Of a stretch of 64,000 bases of DNA, positions 1 to 10,284 are shown piece after piece (positions within the stretch are counted from its first letter, which is position 1; every line of letters starts with the position of its first letter). Both the position numbers and the translations under genes were made by a program. The notes under the pieces were generated by a model. It made no database searches and was not told the origin of the DNA. It worked only from the letters and a program-made list of their open reading frames with translations. Source of the stretch: an uncultured Pelolinea sp. (GTDB lineage Bacteria; Chloroflexota; Anaerolineae; Anaerolineales; Anaerolineaceae); assembly GCA_964451805.1 (NCBI GenBank), contig CAYVJI010000003.1:1758-65757 (forward strand). Direction: 5' to 3'.

Positions 1-530
1 AAAGACAATTAAGCGTGGATGGATGGGAATTGAGCTGGGCGGTCAATCACTTGGCGCCTTTCCTATTGACCATGCTGCTGCTGGAAGTGCTGCAAGCCAA
101 TACGCCAGCGCGTGTCGTGACAGTGGCTTCCGGCGCGCATCATAATCTCAAGGTGGTCGATTGGGAAAATCTGCAGGGCGAAAAGGTGTACGATGGATTT
201 GACGCGTACGCGCTTTCCAAGCTGGCAAGTATCTGCTGCATGAATGAGTTAGCGCGCCAAGTGGATGGCAGCCGGGTGACGGTCAATACTCTGCATCCCG
301 GAGTGATCGACACCAAACTGCTGCGCAGCAGCTATAACTTGGAGGGCGCAAGCGTTGAAGAGGGTGCGCAAACCTCAATGTATTTAGCCACTGCAGATGA
401 AGTAGAAGGTATAAGTGGGAAATATTTCAGTCGCAAAATCCAAAAACCGGTTTCAGTGCTTGCCAGCGATGAGCAAATCCAACGCCGTTTTTGGGAAATC
501 TCTATGGAAATGATCCACCCGTTTCTTTAA
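1..530 (+). CDS. Short-chain dehydrogenase/reductase (retinol dehydrogenase-like), 5' truncated by window edge
   Basis: NHLAPFLLT, VVTVAS, catalytic YxxxK (YALSK) and HPGVIDT motifs; frame is open back to the window start. Confidence 0.85.
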   Translation, partial: RQLSVDGWELSWAVNHLAPFLLTMLLLEVLQANTPARVVTVASGAHHNLKVVDWENLQGEKVYDGFDAYALSKLASICCMNELARQVDGSRVTVNTLHPGVIDTKLLRSSYNLEGASVEEGAQTSMYLATADEVEGISGKYFSRKIQKPVSVLASDEQIQRRFWEISMEMIHPFL

Positions 531-535
531 AAAAT

Positions 536-569
536 AAAGACCCCGCAATTTTGATATGCGAGGTCCTTT
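536..569. terminator. Likely bidirectional terminator between convergent SDR and lexA
   Basis: Imperfect inverted repeat aaagaccccgca...tgcgaggtccttt with A/T flanks. Confidence 0.55.
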
Positions 570-582
570 GTATTTTGATTAC

Positions 583-1311
583 TTATGCTGCCACGCTTTT
601 CACCTGACGGATCACCATGACCACCTTGCCCATGATGCGCAATTTAGCGGGATTATCAACATAAATCGGTCCCATGTTGGGATTGGCTGGCTGCAAACGC
701 ACTCGCTTGGGTTCTTTGAAGAAATACTTGAGGGTGGTCTCATCTTTGTCATCCAGCCAAACGGCGACCATTTCGCCATTTTGAGCTTGCTGGGCGCGTT
801 TCATGATCACAATATCCCCGTCATTGACCATTGCGTCCACCATTGAATCGCCCTGTACTTCCAGTGCGAAGAGTTCCTCTGTTTTTTCTCGTGCAGGCAG
901 CAGGCTGCGCGCGATTTCAATGCTGCTTTCGGAATCAAAATAATTCACGTCGCTGGCGGGCATGGGCAGCGGTTCGCTGGCGACAATGCGGCCCATGATG
1001 GGAATGCTCAATAGGTCATCAATGGCAGCAGCTGCTTGACGCATGCTTTTGGAAATGCTTTTGACGGCGGATTGTGCCGCTTCCAGGGGTTTCAGCAAAC
1101 AAATGCTGCGCGAGATATGCTGCTCGCGGGTGATGTGTCCCATCTCCTCTAATTGTTTAAGGTAGTAATCTACCAGTGAGGTGGATTGTACGTTAATGCT
1201 CTCGCCAATTTCACGAATGGAGGGGGAGTAGCCGTTTTCCTCCTGAAACTTGTTGAGAAAAGCTAGGATCTTCTGGTGCCGTTTGCTTAATCCTTCACTT
1301 CTGCGTGACAT
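583..1311 (-). CDS. lexA: SOS repressor LexA
   Basis: N-terminal wHTH (GYSPSIREIG), S24 peptidase GDSM and TLK catalytic residues, RLQPAN, GKVV. Confidence 0.95.
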   Translation of the reverse strand: MSRRSEGLSKRHQKILAFLNKFQEENGYSPSIREIGESINVQSTSLVDYYLKQLEEMGHITREQHISRSICLLKPLEAAQSAVKSISKSMRQAAAAIDDLLSIPIMGRIVASEPLPMPASDVNYFDSESSIEIARSLLPAREKTEELFALEVQGDSMVDAMVNDGDIVIMKRAQQAQNGEMVAVWLDDKDETTLKYFFKEPKRVRLQPANPNMGPIYVDNPAKLRIMGKVVMVIRQVKSVAA

Positions 1312-1339
1312 GCCTGCCTCCTGCCCATAATCAATAATG

Positions 1340-1383
1340 GGACATTTGTACTATACTATACACGAACATTCGTTCTGTGTCAA
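1340..1383 (-). promoter_or_regulatory. lexA sigma-70 promoter with autoregulatory LexA (Cheo-type) box
   Basis: Minus strand TTGACA (1383-1378)-N17-TATAGT (1360-1355); GAAC-ATTC-GTTC at 1364-1375 lies in the spacer; degenerate GGAC-ATTT-GTAC at 1340-1351. Confidence 0.9.
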
Positions 1384-1434
1384 GAAAAAGTGCACGTTTC
1401 GTAAGATAAAATATTTCAAAAAACGGAGAGTATT

Positions 1435-1836
1435 ATGGCAGAAGCAAGCGTGAGATGGACAGGCGGCAAAACTTTTATCGGAGTGGATTCGACCCAGCAT
1501 GCGGTGGTGATGTCCTCCCCAGCGGAAGGTGTGGGCATGAAGGCTTCTGAATTGCTGCTGGTGGCGCTGGCGACCTGCAGCGCCTATGATGTGGTTACGA
1601 TCTTGGAAAAGAAAAAGATCGCCTTGCGCAAATTAACGATCAAGGTCAATGCCGAACAGCGTTCTGACCCACCCTGGCCATTCACCCATATTCATCTCAC
1701 TTATATCTTGGCGGGAGATGGATTGGGTGAAGTGGATGCGCGCAAAGCCATTGAGCTCTCGGAAAGTAAATACTGCTCTGTGGCTGCCACTGTCAGGGGA
1801 GTGGCTGAGATCACTTGGGACTGCGTTCTGGACTAA
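1435..1836 (+). CDS. OsmC/YhfA family protein
   Basis: ELLLVALATCS and SKYCSVA conserved cysteine motifs; SD ggag. Confidence 0.85.
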   Translation: MAEASVRWTGGKTFIGVDSTQHAVVMSSPAEGVGMKASELLLVALATCSAYDVVTILEKKKIALRKLTIKVNAEQRSDPPWPFTHIHLTYILAGDGLGEVDARKAIELSESKYCSVAATVRGVAEITWDCVLD

Positions 1837-1882
1837 AGATATTTTCGTTAAAAAAAGATAACCAGTGTGGTTGTTTTCCCGC

Positions 1883-2806
1883 CTAGCGCTGAAGACATAA
1901 TGCTGCCCAATCTTCAATCTCCATTTTTTCCAGTAAATTCAATCCAAATTGGCTGGCTTTGCTGTCTACGACATCACACTGATTTTCCAGAATGCCGGAG
2001 AGGATGAGCAATCCCTCTTTCTCTACCAAGTCCGCCAGACCATTTTCAAGCATATCCAGGATGACGGATGCCAGAATATTGGCTACCGCCAAAGGTGCTT
2101 GCAGCTTGCTGAAGTGCCCTGAAGCGATCAGCGCAGTTGATCCCTGATCTATCTCAATTTGATCCTGTACATGGTTCAACTCACAGTTTTGCTTGGTGGA
2201 TGCGATCGACGCTGAGTCAGTATCTACGGCAATAACCCTTTCGGCACCCAATTTCAAGGCCGCAATCGAGAGGATGCCGGAACCGCAGCCGATATCAAAC
2301 ATGCATTGCCCGGGTTGGAGATATTTTTCGATCAACCCCAGACATAGCTGGGTAGTGGGATGCGTGCCGGTTCCAAAGGCCATACCCGGATTGATGCGTA
2401 TCGGCACGCGATTGGGAAAGTCTTCTTTCCACCAGGCAGGCAGGATCAACAAGCGCTGGCCTATTTGCAGCGGTTTATACTGATCTTTCCAGGCAGTCAT
2501 CCAATCCTGGTCTTTGATCAAGCGATAGCGCGTATCAGGTAATGGCTGAATTTGTCCAAGATGCCACAAAGCCTCTTCCAGGCGTTGTTTGCGTTCTTCC
2601 AGATTGGCATCTGCGAAAAAATAACCAAATACGCGCACCCAATTTTCCATCAGGTTTTCTTCTTGATCAGAAGCGAGATGTGCTTTCTGCTCGATCACCA
2701 CGCCCTCACGCGTAAAACGCCCCATCACTTCTGCTACCGCTTCAGCCAATTCTGGGATGACTTCTAGAGAGACTTCTACCCAATGGATTTCACCCACCCA
2801 AGACAT
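1883..2806 (-). CDS. prmA: Ribosomal protein L11 methyltransferase
   Basis: [27 protein letters not shown] and LSGIL motifs; follows dnaJ; start moved to ATG 2806 (GTG 2797 also possible). Confidence 0.93.
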   Translation of the reverse strand: MSWVGEIHWVEVSLEVIPELAEAVAEVMGRFTREGVVIEQKAHLASDQEENLMENWVRVFGYFFADANLEERKQRLEEALWHLGQIQPLPDTRYRLIKDQDWMTAWKDQYKPLQIGQRLLILPAWWKEDFPNRVPIRINPGMAFGTGTHPTTQLCLGLIEKYLQPGQCMFDIGCGSGILSIAALKLGAERVIAVDTDSASIASTKQNCELNHVQDQIEIDQGSTALIASGHFSKLQAPLAVANILASVILDMLENGLADLVEKEGLLILSGILENQCDVVDSKASQFGLNLLEKMEIEDWAALCLQR

Positions 2807-3908
2807 CCTTGAGGATATCCAGAAAACTGCGCTCTTGTGGTGCCACTTCGCTGCCCATAGTTTCAGCCAACTTTTCAAAAAGATCGCGCTGCTCGCTGGT
2901 CAGGCGGGCGGGAATTCCTACATTGATGATCACCAATTGATCGCCCTTGCCGCTTCCGCGCAGGTGTGGAATGCCCTTGTTGCGCAATTTGAAGACCTTG
3001 CCGGGTTGGGTGCCGGCCGGAATGGAAAGTTTTTCGTGTCCTTCCAAGGTTGGCACCTGCACTTCTGCGCCCAAGGCTGCCTGGGCGATGTTGATGTTTA
3101 AATCCAGCAGAATGTCATCGTTGCGCCGCTTGAAGAATTGATGCGATTTGACTTTGATCTCGATGTACAGATTGCCGCGCGGACCACCATTGGAACCGGG
3201 CTGGCCCTCACCTGAGAGTCGGATCTGTGTGCCATTATCCACTCCTGCGGGTATGGGAATGGTTTTTTTGACAGTTTTCCGAACAAAACCCCGCCCGGAG
3301 CAGATTTTGCAATGTTGTTTGATCACCCGGCCGCTGCCGCCGCATTCCGGGCAGGTTGTGACCTGAACCATAGACCCCAAGAAGGTTTGCCGCACCTGAC
3401 GCACTTCGCCGCGCCCCTGGCAGGTAGGGCAAGTGCTGGCGCTTGTGCCGGGTTCGGCGCCGCTGCCATTGCAGCGTTCGCAAACCTCATCACGCGTGAT
3501 TTCCAATTCGTGATCAGCACCACTGGCGCATTCCTGGAAATCCAGAGTGATGGAATAGGAAAGGTCTTCTCCGCGGCGCGGGGCATTGCGTCTCTGCCTG
3601 CCGCCGAATCCGCCAAACCCGCCGAAAAACTGCTCAAAGATTTCGAACGGATCAATATTATTCCAATCGGGCATGCCGCCTGCGCTGCGCAGCCCCTCAT
3701 GACCGAAGCGGTCATAGACCGAACGTTTTTCTGGATCAGAAAGCACCATGAAAGCTTCGTTGATCTCTTTGAAGCGCTCTTCTGCGTCAGGAGAGCTGTT
3801 CACATCCGGGTGGAATTTGCGCGCTAAATTCCGAAAAGAGCTCTTGATCTCCTCTTGACTGGCGCTGCGGTTGACACCCAATATTTCGTAGTAATCGCGT
3901 TTCTGCAT
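2790..3908 (-). CDS. dnaJ: Chaperone DnaJ (class A)
   Basis: J domain with HPD, G/F region, four CxxCxGxG repeats; start at MQKRDYY. Confidence 0.97.
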   Translation of the reverse strand: MQKRDYYEILGVNRSASQEEIKSSFRNLARKFHPDVNSSPDAEERFKEINEAFMVLSDPEKRSVYDRFGHEGLRSAGGMPDWNNIDPFEIFEQFFGGFGGFGGRQRRNAPRRGEDLSYSITLDFQECASGADHELEITRDEVCERCNGSGAEPGTSASTCPTCQGRGEVRQVRQTFLGSMVQVTTCPECGGSGRVIKQHCKICSGRGFVRKTVKKTIPIPAGVDNGTQIRLSGEGQPGSNGGPRGNLYIEIKVKSHQFFKRRNDDILLDLNINIAQAALGAEVQVPTLEGHEKLSIPAGTQPGKVFKLRNKGIPHLRGSGKGDQLVIINVGIPARLTSEQRDLFEKLAETMGSEVAPQERSFLDILKDVLGG

Positions 3909-3926
3909 GATCTCCAAGTACCAATA

Positions 3927-3965
3927 AAGAGGCGTAGGAGGCAAAACCTGGTCCTGACGCCTCTT
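3927..3965 (-). other. Intercistronic stem-loop between dnaK and dnaJ (mRNA stability or partial termination)
   Basis: aagaggcgt...acgcctctt 9-bp inverted repeat. Confidence 0.5.
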
Positions 3966-3993
3966 GGATTTTCAGGCGCTAATTATAAATGAC

Positions 3994-5904
3994 TTATACG
4001 TTTTTAAACTCGCCGTCAACCACATCTTCGCCATCGGTAGGACCTGCGCCGCCGGATTCTCCTCCGCCAGTTTGGTCTGTACCCGCGCTTTGATCTCCGG
4101 ATGGCTGCTGATACATGCTGGCGCCGATTTTTTGGATCACCTGGCCTAATTTTTCCGTTTCACTGCGTAGTGCGTCTGCATTCTCCGAATTCATCAATTC
4201 GCGCACTTTGGCGACCTGTGTATTGACCTCATTTTTGAGATTGTCATCGATCTTATCGCCCGCATCGCGCAGGGTTTTTTCTGCTGTATAAACAGCATTG
4301 TCGGCGTTATTCTTCGCTTCAATTAATTGTTTGCGCTTTGTATCCTCTTCGGAGTGCAGCTCAGCTTCTTTCTTCATGCGCTCAATTTCCTGTTCGGATA
4401 AACCTGAAGAAGCGGTGATTGTGATTTTCTGACTGCGTCCGGTGGCTTTGTCTGCCGCGGTGACGTTGAGGATGCCATTGGCATCGATATCAAAAGTAAC
4501 TTCGATCTGTGGTACGCCGCGCGGGGCTGGGGGAATGCCATCCAGAATGAATTTTCCCAGAGATTTGTTATCCGCCGCCATGGGGCGTTCACCCTGCAAG
4601 ACGTTGATCTCCACCTGGGTTTGATTGTCGCCTGCCGTGGAAAAGATCTGGCTCTTGCGGGTGGGTATGGTGGTGTTGCGGTCGATCAACGATGTGGCAA
4701 CGCCGCCTAGGGTTTCAATTGAAAGGGTTAGGGGCGTAACGTCTAACAGCAATATGTCTTTGACGTCCCCACCCAGTACGCCAGCCTGAATGGCTGCTCC
4801 GACTGCCACGACTTCATCTGGATTAACCCCTTTATGCGGTTCTTTACTGAATTCACGCCGAACAACTTCCTGGACGGCTGGCATGCGGGTCATTCCACCC
4901 ACCATGACCACTTCATTGACTTCACCAGGTTTCAATCCCGCGTCTTTAAGCGCTTGTTTGACCGGTTGAATAGTTTTTTCGGTCAGGTCGGAAGTGAGCT
5001 GTTCCATTTTTGCGCGGCTCAACTTGATAACCAAGTGTTTCGGCCCGCTGGCATCTGCCGTCAGATACGGCAGGTTGATCTCAGTTTCCATAACAGTGGA
5101 AAGCTCAATCTTGGCTTTTTCTGCCGCTTCCTTCAAGCGCTGCAGAGCTTGGCGGTCTTTGCGCAAATCCATACCCTGTTCTTTGTTAAATGTTTCGATC
5201 AGGTGATCCATGATGCGCTGGTCATAATCGTCACCGCCTAAGAAAGTATCGCCGCTAGTGGATTTCACTTGAAATACGCCATCGCCGACCTCTAAAATGG
5301 ATACATCAAAAGTGCCGCCGCCTAAGTCGTACACCGCGATAGTCTCATTCTTTTTCTTGTCCAGACCATACGCCAATGAAGAAGCGGTTGGTTCATTGAT
5401 GATGCGCAGCACTTCCAAACCGGCGATTTTGCCCGCATCCTTGGTGGCGTTGCGTTGGGCGTCATTAAAATATGCCGGCACGGTGATTACGGCTTGAGTA
5501 ACCGTCTCACCCAGATAGGCTTCGGCGTCTTTTTTCAGTTTACCTAAGATCATAGCGGAAATCTCAGGCGGAGAATACTCCTTGCCATCCATGATCACCC
5601 GCATATCGCCATTTGATGCTTTGGTGACTTTATAAGGAATGCGGCTGAGGGTGCGTTGAACCTCAGGGTCATCGTATTTGCGCCCCATAAAGCGTTTGAT
5701 CGAAAAGATGGTATTTTCCGGATTAACAATAGCCTGATTGCGGGCTGTGCGGCCGACAATTCTTTCACCATTTTTATTAATGGCTACCACAGAAGGGCAC
5801 AGGCGTTCTCCTTCTGCTGTCGGAATGACAGTGGGCTCACCACCGGACATAACCGCTACGACTGAATTTGTTGTACCTAAATCAATTCCAATAATTTTAG
5901 ACAT
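3994..5904 (-). CDS. dnaK: Chaperone DnaK (Hsp70)
   Basis: [25 protein letters not shown] and [15 protein letters not shown] motifs. Confidence 0.99.
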   Translation of the reverse strand: MSKIIGIDLGTTNSVVAVMSGGEPTVIPTAEGERLCPSVVAINKNGERIVGRTARNQAIVNPENTIFSIKRFMGRKYDDPEVQRTLSRIPYKVTKASNGDMRVIMDGKEYSPPEISAMILGKLKKDAEAYLGETVTQAVITVPAYFNDAQRNATKDAGKIAGLEVLRIINEPTASSLAYGLDKKKNETIAVYDLGGGTFDVSILEVGDGVFQVKSTSGDTFLGGDDYDQRIMDHLIETFNKEQGMDLRKDRQALQRLKEAAEKAKIELSTVMETEINLPYLTADASGPKHLVIKLSRAKMEQLTSDLTEKTIQPVKQALKDAGLKPGEVNEVVMVGGMTRMPAVQEVVRREFSKEPHKGVNPDEVVAVGAAIQAGVLGGDVKDILLLDVTPLTLSIETLGGVATSLIDRNTTIPTRKSQIFSTAGDNQTQVEINVLQGERPMAADNKSLGKFILDGIPPAPRGVPQIEVTFDIDANGILNVTAADKATGRSQKITITASSGLSEQEIERMKKEAELHSEEDTKRKQLIEAKNNADNAVYTAEKTLRDAGDKIDDNLKNEVNTQVAKVRELMNSENADALRSETEKLGQVIQKIGASMYQQPSGDQSAGTDQTGGGESGGAGPTDGEDVVDGEFKNV

Positions 5905-5913
5905 TTATGCCTC

Positions 5914-6516
5914 CTATTTTGCGACTCTCACTAGGGCAGGGCGGATAACCCTATCCCCAATGGTATAACCTTGCTGGACGACTTCGATGATGCGGCCGCT
6001 TTCAAATTCTTGATTCTCTTCGTGTGAAATTGCCTCATGGAATTCAGGATTAAAAACGGCGTTTTCTGCGGGAATGATTGAAATTCCCTCACCGTCAAGT
6101 AAGTTCTGTAATTTCTGTTCGATTAGTTTTAAACCTTCCAACCAGGATTGCGGGATCTGTTCCTGCGGCAATGTTTTTTGGGCTCGTTCGAAATCATCAT
6201 GGATGGCCAGGTATTTTTTTATGATCTCAATTTTGCCGTTCTGGCTTTCCTGCTGACGATCTCGATCGACGCGTTTGCGGTAATTGGCAAACTCTGCCCT
6301 CTCGCGCTGCCAGCCATCGCTGAATTCGTCAACTTTCTTGCGCAGATCGTCCAATTCCTCCAGCTGATCCGCGTAATCCTTCAATGGAACTGTCACTGTT
6401 TCAGCCTCATTGGATTGTTCTTGCCCGGCTGGCGGGCTCTCTGCTGATGCGGTGGTCTGAGGACCTTGTTCTTCCTGATTTTCTTCAATTTGTTTTTTCT
6501 TTTCTTTATCTGTCAT
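5914..6516 (-). CDS. grpE: Nucleotide exchange factor GrpE
   Basis: AEFANYRKR, FNPEFHEA and GY..GDRVIRPALV motifs; lies between hrcA and dnaK. Confidence 0.96.
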   Translation of the reverse strand: MTDKEKKKQIEENQEEQGPQTTASAESPPAGQEQSNEAETVTVPLKDYADQLEELDDLRKKVDEFSDGWQRERAEFANYRKRVDRDRQQESQNGKIEIIKKYLAIHDDFERAQKTLPQEQIPQSWLEGLKLIEQKLQNLLDGEGISIIPAENAVFNPEFHEAISHEENQEFESGRIIEVVQQGYTIGDRVIRPALVRVAK

Positions 6517-6531
6517 ACTCTAAAACCTCTT

Positions 6532-7563
6532 TCACCATTGTTCTGCAATGAAATCACTTAGAATGCCTGAAAGGAACTTGACCATCGAAATGGAGCGCCC
6601 GTAGGACATGCGCATTGGTCCCAACACTCCCAGGGTACCGCTGGCGATGCCCGGTGATCCGTATTTTGAAAGGATGATGGAACACTGGCGCAGATCATCC
6701 CAATTGCCCTCACCGCCAATTAAAACTTGCACGCCGCCGATAGTATCGGGCAAAATCGTTTGTGCCAACAATTCTTGCAGCATTGACCTTTCTTCTAGCA
6801 GCCGCAGAGCTTTGCGGGCGTCCTCTGAATCGGAGAACTCCGGCTCTGCCAGAAAATTGGTGATACCATCCATGTAGACTTCTCCGGTAGGCAGCCGATC
6901 CGAAAGCAGCAGTTCATCCTCCATCCAGCTCAGCACTGTGCTTTCTAGTGGAGAAAAAGAAGATTGGTAGCTGCGGATGCTGGTTAGGTCTTTACCGGCG
7001 AAGATCTGGCTGAACTTGTTCGATAAAATCGAGAGTTGTTCCTGGCTGGTGGGTTCTTCCAATGTCAGAATGTGCTGATGGATCTGCCCGCCTTCCATCA
7101 CAAGGATCGCCAATACTTGGCGACCGTGTGTCGCGATCAATTGGATGTGTTTGATGCGCGCTTCGGTTGGCTGCGGCGCAGTGATAAGTGAAGCCGCGTG
7201 GGTTTCGTTGGCTAACACTGTGGCCGCCAGTTGCAGCCATTGTTTTATATCGTGATGCATTTGAGAGAATTGGTGGTTGATAGTATGGCGCATGGTCTCG
7301 GGCAGGTTGGTTTCCTGCATCAGCTGCCCAACAAAATAGCGAAAACCCGCCTCTGTCGGCACACGACCAGCCGATGTATGCGGTTGCTTGAGAAAGCCCT
7401 GCTCAGTCAGAGCAGCCATCTCGTTCCGAATGGTTGCGGAGCTTAAATTAAGTTGATATTTTTCGACTAAATGGCGTGAGGCAACCGCATCCGCCGAAGT
7501 GATGTGCTCGTGGATGATCAACGAAAGGATCTTTTTCTGTCTTGCACTCAGTTGATTCATCAT
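6532..7563 (-). CDS. hrcA: Heat-inducible transcription repressor HrcA
   Basis: SSATIRNEM, PHTSAGRVPT and GVLGPMRMSY motifs. Confidence 0.97.
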   Translation of the reverse strand: MMNQLSARQKKILSLIIHEHITSADAVASRHLVEKYQLNLSSATIRNEMAALTEQGFLKQPHTSAGRVPTEAGFRYFVGQLMQETNLPETMRHTINHQFSQMHHDIKQWLQLAATVLANETHAASLITAPQPTEARIKHIQLIATHGRQVLAILVMEGGQIHQHILTLEEPTSQEQLSILSNKFSQIFAGKDLTSIRSYQSSFSPLESTVLSWMEDELLLSDRLPTGEVYMDGITNFLAEPEFSDSEDARKALRLLEERSMLQELLAQTILPDTIGGVQVLIGGEGNWDDLRQCSIILSKYGSPGIASGTLGVLGPMRMSYGRSISMVKFLSGILSDFIAEQW

Positions 7564-7574
7564 TTTTATTCAAA

Positions 7575-7601
7575 TTAGCACTCTAACAGTTAGAGTGCTA
7601 A
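7575..7601. promoter_or_regulatory. CIRCE element (HrcA operator)
   Basis: Exact TTAGCACTC-N9-GAGTGCTAA directly upstream of hrcA; minus-strand promoter TTGACG (7643-7638)-N17-TATTAT (7620-7615) with TG extension. Confidence 0.97.
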
Positions 7602-7746
7602 AACTCTGTATTCGATAATACCATGCGGGTATTTCAACGTCAAGAAAATGCATGTTCTGGGTTATTTTTCTAACAAATTATTAATACGACGTTGGCAAAA
7701 AGGGCTGAGTTACAATTAACTCATTGATTTTCTCAAGGAGATGTGT

Positions 7747-9111
7747 ATGTCTATCCCGAATTTTCCATCCAAGCGGGCTTCATTTTATCAGGATGTTCCA
7801 AATGAGCAATGGCAGGATTGGCGCTGGCAGCTTAGCCATCGGCTCAATTCCCTGTCTGATTTCGAAAAAGTGTTGCGGCTGTCGGATAGTGAGCGGAAGG
7901 CACTCACACAAAAGGATTTATTTCGGGTGGATATTACTCCGTATTTTATTTCTCTGATGGATCCAAACGACCCCGACGATCCGGTACGGCGCCAGCTGAT
8001 CCCTACAGCACGGGAAATCACAGCCAACACAGGCATGATGGAAGACACACAGGCAGAAGATGCCAATACTCCAGTACCAGGTTTGGTGCATCGCTATCCA
8101 GATCGGGCGCTGATGTTGGTTACGACCCAATGCGCATCCTATTGCCGTTATTGCACGCGCGGACGCATCGTTGGCGACCCAAACGCTACTTTCTCACGGC
8201 AGGAATTGGGTGCGCAAATTGACTATTTGAAGAGAACCCCCCAAATACGCGATGTCCTGCTTTCCGGTGGCGATCCGCTGGTTTTGGCTCCTGGATTGCT
8301 GGAGGAGCTGCTCAGCCGATTGCGGGAAATTCCGCATATCGAGATTTTGCGTATTGGCTCGCGGGTGCCTGTTTTCATGCCCATGCGTGTGACAGACGAT
8401 CTCTGCCAAATGCTGGCGAAATTTCATCCCTTGTGGCTGAATATTCATGTCAACCATCCAAATGAGATCACAGCAGAACTGGCACAAGCCTGCGATCGCC
8501 TGCTGCGCGTGGGGATTCCATTGGGCAATCAATCTGTGCTGCTGGCTGGCATTAACGATTGCGTGAACGTTCAACGCAAACTGGTGCATGATTTGGTACG
8601 ACTGCGCGTGCGTCCGTACTACCTGTACATTTGTGACCTGGTAGAAGGTGCCGGGCACTTCCGCACTCCCGTCTCCAAGGGTATCGAGATCATAGAGGGA
8701 TTGCGTGGGCACACCTCAGGTTTTGCGGTGCCAACTTTTGTGGTGGATGCACCCGCGGGCGGCGGCAAGATCCCGGTTATGCCGAATTATGTCATCAGCA
8801 GCTCCGATCACAAGGTGGTTCTGCGGAATTATGAAGGCTTCATTAGCACTTATGAGGAACCGCAGGATTACCAGCCGCATGATCCCTCTAAATGCCCCTT
8901 CTGCCAGCATCCTTCCATCGAAAGTGGTCAAAGTGGTGTTTCCGGTCTGCTGGAAGGCAAGCAGATGGTGATCAAACCACAAGGATTTGATCGCGTACAC
9001 CTGCGCAGTGAGGCTGTGCATCGCCTGCGTTTGGATGGTCATAAATGGAAACCGCTGGGGATAGGGGACGGTGAAGAGAGTGAAGAGCATGATGACACTC
9101 CGTCGGATTGA
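7747..9111 (+). CDS. kamA: KamA family radical SAM lysine 2,3-aminomutase
   Basis: HRYPDR, CxxxCxxC (CASYCRYC), SGGDPL, NQSVLL and PLP lysine motif GGGKIP; SD aaggag precedes ATG 7747. Confidence 0.88.
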   Translation: MSIPNFPSKRASFYQDVPNEQWQDWRWQLSHRLNSLSDFEKVLRLSDSERKALTQKDLFRVDITPYFISLMDPNDPDDPVRRQLIPTAREITANTGMMEDTQAEDANTPVPGLVHRYPDRALMLVTTQCASYCRYCTRGRIVGDPNATFSRQELGAQIDYLKRTPQIRDVLLSGGDPLVLAPGLLEELLSRLREIPHIEILRIGSRVPVFMPMRVTDDLCQMLAKFHPLWLNIHVNHPNEITAELAQACDRLLRVGIPLGNQSVLLAGINDCVNVQRKLVHDLVRLRVRPYYLYICDLVEGAGHFRTPVSKGIEIIEGLRGHTSGFAVPTFVVDAPAGGGKIPVMPNYVISSSDHKVVLRNYEGFISTYEEPQDYQPHDPSKCPFCQHPSIESGQSGVSGLLEGKQMVIKPQGFDRVHLRSEAVHRLRLDGHKWKPLGIGDGEESEEHDDTPSD

Positions 9112-9136
9112 CGCGTAATCAAAACAGGAGGTTCCA

Positions 9137-10096
9137 ATGCATTATCGCAGACTAGGCAAGACGGGCATCAAGGTCAGCGAAGTTTCGCTGGGTGCCTGGG
9201 TTACATTTGGAGACCAAATCAGCGATACAATAGCTGTTGACCTGGTGCATTCCGCATTTGATCAGGGAATCAACTTTTTTGATAATGCGGATGTGTATGC
9301 CAAGGGCAAAGCTGAGTTGGTGTTGGGTCAGGCTGTGCAGCAATTGCCGCGTGAATCGCTCATCATCTCCAGCAAGGTTTTCTTCCCTACATTTGAAGGA
9401 CCGAATGGACGCGGGCTTTCTCGCAAACATATCATGGAATCTATCCATGCCTCCCTTAAACGATTAAAGCTGGATTACGTTGACCTGTATTTTTGCCACC
9501 GGCATGATCCTGACACTACCGTTGAAGAAGTGGTTCAAACCATGGATATTCTGGTACGTCAGGGAAAGATCCTTTATTGGGGCACGTCTGAATGGAATAT
9601 CTTTCACTTGATGCAGGCGATTAACTTTGCCAAGGAGAACGCCTTAGTACCGCCAGTGGTGGAACAAACCAAGTATAACTTGATGAACCGCTGGCATGTC
9701 GAGAATGATTTGGCTCCAGTATGCCAGGAATATGGATTGGGTCTGACAACTTTCAGCCCGCTTAATTACGGCATACTCTCGGGTAAATACAACGAGGGAA
9801 TTCCCCAGGGCAGCCGCGCCGCAATGCGGGATATGGATTGGATCAAAGACCGCATCACAAAAGATGTCATTAACAAAGTAAAACAGCTTACCGTGCTTGC
9901 ACAGGAATTGGATGCTACCACCGCTCAACTGGCGTTGGCTTGGCTGCTGCGACGCAAAGATGTCAGCAGCATCATTACGGGAGCCACCCGTTTAGAGCAA
10001 CTGGATGAAAATCTGGCTGCGTCGCAGCTGGCAGAACGGTTGACCGATGATGTTCTGGAGAGAATTGATCTGATTTTTCCTTGTGAAGAGCATTAA
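9137..10096 (+). CDS. Aldo/keto reductase (Kv-beta-like subfamily)
   Basis: LGKTGIKVSEVSLG, FDNADVY, GLSRKHI, YWGTSEW and SPL..G.LSGKY motifs. Confidence 0.9.
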   Translation: MHYRRLGKTGIKVSEVSLGAWVTFGDQISDTIAVDLVHSAFDQGINFFDNADVYAKGKAELVLGQAVQQLPRESLIISSKVFFPTFEGPNGRGLSRKHIMESIHASLKRLKLDYVDLYFCHRHDPDTTVEEVVQTMDILVRQGKILYWGTSEWNIFHLMQAINFAKENALVPPVVEQTKYNLMNRWHVENDLAPVCQEYGLGLTTFSPLNYGILSGKYNEGIPQGSRAAMRDMDWIKDRITKDVINKVKQLTVLAQELDATTAQLALAWLLRRKDVSSIITGATRLEQLDENLAASQLAERLTDDVLERIDLIFPCEEH

Positions 10097-10168
10097 AGAG
10101 CACTTTTTTGGGATATTGGTTGAGGGCTGAGTTTATTTCTGAGGTATAGGCTTCATTCAGTAAATAGT

Positions 10169-10206
10169 AAAACTGACACCTGAATGAACAAATGGTGTCA
10201 GTTTTT
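10169..10206. terminator. Bidirectional intrinsic terminator between AKR and pheT
   Basis: aaaactgacacc...ggtgtcagttttt. Confidence 0.7.
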
Positions 10207-10284
10207 GTCTGTATGCTTTTCTGTCTTACCCATTTAATGGGTGCATTACGTAATAGCAGGAACCTGCTGTATTCAAAATCTATG

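Noticed and set aside
7747-9111. EF-P modification enzyme EpmB
   Set aside because: Length and motifs fit the KamA/AblA type, and no efp or epmA is adjacent.
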